From positions 1 through 39,403 of IMG/VR virus record IMGVR_UViG_3300032234_000919: 39,403 nt of DNA. The stretch is one strand, 5' to 3'. The stretch's first letter is position 1, and every line of letters begins with the position of its first letter. Shown in pieces: positions 35,305 to 39,403 of the stretch. Both the position numbers and the translations under genes were made by a program. The notes under the pieces were generated by a model. That model was not told the DNA's origin, ran no database searches, and saw only the letters and a list, made by a program, of their open reading frames with translations. This DNA comes from a virus (Duplodnaviria; Caudoviricetes).

Positions 35305-35339
35305 AAAACAAATATACTACTTTTCTTCCAAAAGGTATA

Positions 35340-36320
35340 TTACGCTTTCTTTCTTCTAGTCCTTCTAGGTTTGTCATTTGCAATATCTTCCATCTGTTGC
35401 AAAATACTTGCATCCCCGAATTGTGGCATAGAAGTTTTTGTTCTTGACTTACGTAATGGCTCATCAACTACAATAGCCTCTTGTACGGGTTCAAAGTTAC
35501 TAACCTCTTCGGGCTCTACATATTGTCTAGTAGGTTCGCTTTTAGGTTCTTCGTATCTAGGGCTTTCTACGGGTTCTTCCCTCTTAGCCTCTTGTCTAGG
35601 TTGTGCACTTGGAGGTGGGGTAGAAACTCTTTGTGAGGTCATTTCTTTTAAAGAATCTAACAACTCCGAATTTTGTTTGCGTAGTGCAAAAACTGTTGCC
35701 CCTTTTGAAATAATATCTACACCAAAATAATAAGCCAATAATTGCTCATCGGTCATACCAATATTACGCTTCATAAACACACGAAGCATAACGGGTCTTA
35801 CCTTATCCTTGAATTCATCACTTACAGATATTACACCATCTGTTTGTGCATTGTATTCTTGAATGTAGTCAAGTATTGATACATTTGTTCCACCAACGGG
35901 TAAACTTATATTGGGGTCGATTTCCCCACTTTGCATTAAATTTTCAACTTTCTTAGGATTGAATTGAACTAACTTATTAGCAAATCCATTCAATTGAGTA
36001 TAACCATCTAACACTGCCTCAACCAATGCAGCGGAAGCCGCTTTTTGGTCTTTTTTGTCTAGTGTTTCAGTATATGGGTTTGCTGAAGAAGAATCGCCAT
36101 TTTGACCCCAAACAGTCCTACCATCTCCTTGTGATGGTTGTTCGGGATTAATATTGCTTTCTAAACCGCTTTGCAATTCTTCAAAACTTGGAGAAATAAA
36201 AACGGGTTCTTCAATAGGACTTGTATCTACTACTTGTACGTTTGGTTTAGTGTATTCTCTCTGAATAACATTTTCTTGTAGTGGATTAAAATCTATTTCA
36301 AAATTGTTCTCTGTGCTCAT
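35340..36320 (-). CDS. Acidic hypothetical protein (possible packaging or scaffold accessory)
   Basis: 326-aa ORF upstream of the ATPase; basic C-terminal tail. Confidence 0.7.
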   Translation of the reverse strand: MSTENNFEIDFNPLQENVIQREYTKPNVQVVDTSPIEEPVFISPSFEELQSGLESNINPEQPSQGDGRTVWGQNGDSSSANPYTETLDKKDQKAASAALVEAVLDGYTQLNGFANKLVQFNPKKVENLMQSGEIDPNISLPVGGTNVSILDYIQEYNAQTDGVISVSDEFKDKVRPVMLRVFMKRNIGMTDEQLLAYYFGVDIISKGATVFALRKQNSELLDSLKEMTSQRVSTPPPSAQPRQEAKREEPVESPRYEEPKSEPTRQYVEPEEVSNFEPVQEAIVVDEPLRKSRTKTSMPQFGDASILQQMEDIANDKPRRTRRKKA

Positions 36321-36323
36321 ATA

Positions 36324-36761
36324 TTATCTATTAAGGAGTTCTTTAAGTTTGATTTTCGATTGTTCTAATTTTTGGTGTATTTTCTTTTCAAATGCCGTAT
36401 CATTAGGAAAATTGTCGATGAATTGTTTTGCTTTTGAAATTGTGGAAACACTTGTTTTCGCATAGCCTTGCAAATCTATAACGGAATAGTTTCTATCGTA
36501 ATAGCACAACCATACCCAACAAGCAAATGCGTATTTCCTTGGATACTTTCTACTATTACCAAACAAAATCACGGTTGAAATATCAAATACTTCACAAACA
36601 CTTTGAGCCGCTAAAGACAAATCACTTTTCCATACGTTGTGACTTTGACCCTTTTCTAGTAAATGAATAGTATTTTGAATACCTATCTCTCGGATAGAGG
36701 AACTGATTGCTCCAAATAGATTCTCAATGCTCCTAAGTGAGTTCTTCGGTGTTGTTGTCAT
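36324..36761 (-). CDS. HTH protein resembling DnaA domain IV
   Basis: VCEVFDIS...LFGNSR...YL/WL...S...STIS pattern. Confidence 0.5.
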   Translation of the reverse strand: MTTTPKNSLRSIENLFGAISSSIREIGIQNTIHLLEKGQSHNVWKSDLSLAAQSVCEVFDISTVILFGNSRKYPRKYAFACWVWLCYYDRNYSVIDLQGYAKTSVSTISKAKQFIDNFPNDTAFEKKIHQKLEQSKIKLKELLNR

Positions 36762-37131
36762 TTTCAATAAAAATTATCTTGCCCTCTTCACCCCATATTT
36801 TTTTTGCCACAATGGAATGAATAGTTTGGTCGCCTTCGGGTTTCAACGCATCAAATACAAACTTGATAATATTATCTAAGTCGGGTTTTGATTGATGTTT
36901 AGTACCACACATTCTTTGTCGTTTTTTATTCGACCAAGAACTCGGCATTGGCAATACAAATATAATATTTGCTTCGTCTTTTAAAAGAAAATTTTGCGAT
37001 GCTGCAAAAAATTGAATTGCTTGACAACTCAATCTATACCTCAGCACTTCGGGTCGGGGAGGTTTGAGCCACTTATCCCTTTGTGTCATTCGTGGCTTAC
37101 CTATTGGATTTAATAGAAATTCATATTCCAT
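36733..37131 (-). CDS. rusA: RusA-family Holliday junction resolvase
   Basis: KPDLDNIIKFVFDAL...D..I. Confidence 0.85.
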   Translation of the reverse strand: MEYEFLLNPIGKPRMTQRDKWLKPPRPEVLRYRLSCQAIQFFAASQNFLLKDEANIIFVLPMPSSWSNKKRQRMCGTKHQSKPDLDNIIKFVFDALKPEGDQTIHSIVAKKIWGEEGKIIFIENDNNTEELT

Positions 37132-37768
37132 ACTTACTTGTGAATTCTTTCGATTGTACTAGTCTCTTAGCGCAAATGTGCGCGAAGTCATTATCAGTTG
37201 GATAATGAAGTCCTAAAAACAATCTACTTGTGGCTACATCGTGTGTTAAATTAGAAAGTGTTTCGTAATGTTCGGGATATTTATTCCCTATAAATTCAGT
37301 TAATACCCTTGCTTGAAAAGTATGCCCACTTGGATAAGAGGGATTAACTGCTGCCAATGATTTAAACGGAAACAATTTTGCCTTGTATTGCCCCGCTAAT
37401 TGATATGGTCTTATTCTCTGATAGTGAAATTTTAATTTGACTACCAAAAATTTGGTATCTTCTATAATTTCATCAATTTGAGAATCTAAATTTTGTCCTA
37501 CTTTGTTTTTGCAGTAGTTCTTAAAAATTTCAATTAAGTTTTTATCGTATTCAATATATCTACCAACTAATTCTTCATTTTGTTGTTCGGGTAAATTTTG
37601 ATATTGAATCAAAACTCTAATCTCATCCTTTGCTGCTTCACTTGAGTTTGTTGGATAAGGATATTCTTTTAAATCATCAAAAATATAATCAGACCCACCT
37701 TTACGTAGATAAGGTAGGAAGTCATCAGTAGGATTGCCGTAAATTATTTCATCAAGGTAGTTCTTCAT
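37121..37768 (-). CDS. PAP2-superfamily phosphatase/haloperoxidase-like protein
   Basis: K.....RP; YPSGH; SR...GLHYPTD. Confidence 0.85.
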   Translation of the reverse strand: MKNYLDEIIYGNPTDDFLPYLRKGGSDYIFDDLKEYPYPTNSSEAAKDEIRVLIQYQNLPEQQNEELVGRYIEYDKNLIEIFKNYCKNKVGQNLDSQIDEIIEDTKFLVVKLKFHYQRIRPYQLAGQYKAKLFPFKSLAAVNPSYPSGHTFQARVLTEFIGNKYPEHYETLSNLTHDVATSRLFLGLHYPTDNDFAHICAKRLVQSKEFTSKYGI

Positions 37769-38105
37769 ACTTACTACCCATATTTTTCTTCAAGTTGAAT
37801 TTTAACTCATTAATATCTTTTTTCATTGATTCATCATCTTTGTCCAATTTCATCATACTTTTTCTTTGAACATAGATTTGCATAACCAATGAAACAATGG
37901 TTAAAGAAATAATTCCTATCGCAATCCATTGACCCCAATCTCTACTTCCATCAGAATCACCTTCGGGGGCATCTCCACCTTGTTCTAAGTTCATTCCTTG
38001 AGCCGCCATAGTTGCGGGAGTAGGAGGGATAGGATTAGTTGCCATTGATGCGGCATTTGTTGCTTCTTGTGCTACTTGTTGTGTTGCTATTTGGGTTGCT
38101 TCCAT
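37752..38105 (-). CDS. Membrane protein
   Basis: Low-complexity N-terminus, central TM, coiled coil. Confidence 0.7.
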   Translation of the reverse strand: MEATQIATQQVAQEATNAASMATNPIPPTPATMAAQGMNLEQGGDAPEGDSDGSRDWGQWIAIGIISLTIVSLVMQIYVQRKSMMKLDKDDESMKKDINELKFNLKKNMGSKYEELP

Positions 38106-38603
38106 TTATGCTATAAATTTTATGTAATTACCTTGCCTCATAACGGCACGATATTTACCGACTTGTGCTTTGGGTCTTTCAGTACCCGTAAATTCCACTT
38201 TGGGTTCTATCTCATCCATTACCTCTTTTTTCGCTTCTTGTATATCTTTAGTATAGTTTCTGTATATAATACCAATAACTGCACCAACACCTACAACTGC
38301 TAAACCTATCTTGGCTTTCTGTTTAACATCACCTTTAACATAATAAAGAGTTGCTAGAACACCCGTCCACCAAATAGGATTCAAAAGATAATAAGCCGAT
38401 ACTGATTTGCGCCAATATTTCTGAGGGGTAATCGTACCCGCCTTCCATTGGTTGCGCAATTTTCTTTCATAATAAAAGTAAAGGGCATCAGCGGGGGTAG
38501 GGATAATATCAGATAATATTAATCCAACCGCCCCCGCATAGAGAACTCCTTGCCCGTACTTTCCGTCCGTTGCTTTCGATATTTCCGAAAAAACTTCTTT
38601 CAT
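38106..38603 (-). CDS. Multi-pass membrane protein
   Basis: Two to three hydrophobic segments. Confidence 0.7.
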   Translation of the reverse strand: MKEVFSEISKATDGKYGQGVLYAGAVGLILSDIIPTPADALYFYYERKLRNQWKAGTITPQKYWRKSVSAYYLLNPIWWTGVLATLYYVKGDVKQKAKIGLAVVGVGAVIGIIYRNYTKDIQEAKKEVMDEIEPKVEFTGTERPKAQVGKYRAVMRQGNYIKFIA

Positions 38604-38713
38604 TACTTAGAAGCCTTTGAGAAACCTTTTCCTGCAACGTAGGCTACAACGTAGATAGCACCTAAAGAGATTGCTAAACCTAGAAGAGCCGTGCCTAAAT
38701 TAGTGTTTTTCAT
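38603..38713 (-). CDS. 36-aa membrane peptide
   Basis: Hand-translated MKNTNLGTALLGLAISLGAIYVVAYVAGKGFSKASK. Confidence 0.7.
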   Translation of the reverse strand: MKNTNLGTALLGLAISLGAIYVVAYVAGKGFSKASK

Positions 38714-38721
38714 ATATTTTG

Positions 38722-38940
38722 TTAATTAGGTTCTTTTTCATTTTTACTTGCACCAAAGTAATAACTTATTATCATTGTTATAATTGACAATACGCCACCG
38801 CTAATGGTAAAATAAATATCTTTTTGTTCGCTTGGGAAGTCATAGAATACTATGCTTATCAAAACGAAGAAGCACAAAGTTATCACAATAAATGCGATAA
38901 TTGATGTTGCGTGTTTAGTGAGTAATTCTAAAAATTTCAT
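38722..38940 (-). CDS. Two-TM holin-like protein
   Basis: Two TM helices, IISYYFGAS, charged tail. Confidence 0.55.
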   Translation of the reverse strand: MKFLELLTKHATSIIAFIVITLCFFVLISIVFYDFPSEQKDIYFTISGGVLSIITMIISYYFGASKNEKEPN

Positions 38941-39263
38941 TTTTGTACAATTATTGTGTCGTGAATTACAATGGTATCTATTCCAACAACTTGAGATAAT
39001 ACCATCGCTAATTTACTGCGTTTTTTTTCTTTCACTAGGGTAGTTGACATTACTTTTATGTTAGATTCGATTGCGGCTACTTGAGCGTTTTTAATGCTAT
39101 CAGCAACTAATGAAATAGAATCGTGTTTGTACATTGTTTTGTGGCTTTCAAAATATATTGAATCGGCTTCACGAATAATCGAATCCAACTCAGCATCTTT
39201 TTCTTGCTCAACATTTGAACAACTAGTTATAAATAATGGCAATATCAATAGTAGCCTAATCAT
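38937..39263 (-). CDS. Lipoprotein (spanin-like?)
   Basis: Signal peptide with lipobox ITSC; coiled coil. Confidence 0.6.
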   Translation of the reverse strand: MIRLLLILPLFITSCSNVEQEKDAELDSIIREADSIYFESHKTMYKHDSISLVADSIKNAQVAAIESNIKVMSTTLVKEKKRSKLAMVLSQVVGIDTIVIHDTIIVQK

Positions 39264-39403
39264 TTTCTTGGGATTTTACCTAACTGAGTATAAATCTCAA
39301 TTTTTGTGGTTGCCGCTGCAAGTGCACTATCGCTTTTCTTTAATTGCTTAGAATGCAACAAAACGATAGCCTTGAGTTCTGCTATTTCTTTTTTGTACTC
39401 TTC
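39260..39403 (-). CDS. Partial coiled-coil protein (5' end outside the window)
   Basis: Open frame EEYKKEIAELK...GKIPRK*; ATGA overlap with the next gene. Confidence 0.6.
   Translation of the reverse strand, partial: EEYKKEIAELKAIVLLHSKQLKKSDSALAAATTKIEIYTQLGKIPRK

Noticed and set aside
1-39403. Eukaryotic virus or alternative genetic code
   Set aside because: Bacteroidota promoters, intrinsic terminators, coupled operons and peptidoglycan enzymes are present; the standard code gives dense ORF coverage

Overview
This window is a gene-dense, AT-rich segment of a dsDNA virus, open at both ends. Repeated TAnnTTTG (-7 box) promoters point to a Bacteroidota host. Layout: (i) 1-7.7 kb, minus strand: small, shuffled accessory genes, a tRNA-like RNA, a C1q/TNF-like fibre protein and a DUF932/945 gene. 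(ii) 8.2-10 kb: HNH nuclease, a membrane-anchored GH19 lysozyme and an SGNH esterase. (iii) 10.2-16.2 kb, plus strand: a replication/recombination block with a 246-aa PolB-like palm protein, a Cas4/AddB-like nuclease, a DnaQ exonuclease and RecT. (iv) 16.3-39.4 kb, minus strand: a morphogenesis block with a 1012-aa Gly/Cys repeat fibre, a spike-base protein, a sulfation/glycosylation cassette, more than 20 small single-TM proteins, an HExxH protease, a candidate jelly-roll capsid protein with two partial paralogs, an A32/FtsK-type packaging ATPase, GIY-YIG, RusA, PAP2 and lysis-like genes. No terminase, portal or tail genes were recognised, so the best reading is a large tailless, probably membrane-containing virus. 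The main novelties are a shared [FYW]xxA[DN]G motif in structural proteins beside a protease, the miniature PolB, a probable virion glycan-sulfation system, three small-RNA units and an expanded tRNA-like RNA. All family calls come from motif recognition by eye; no searches were run.
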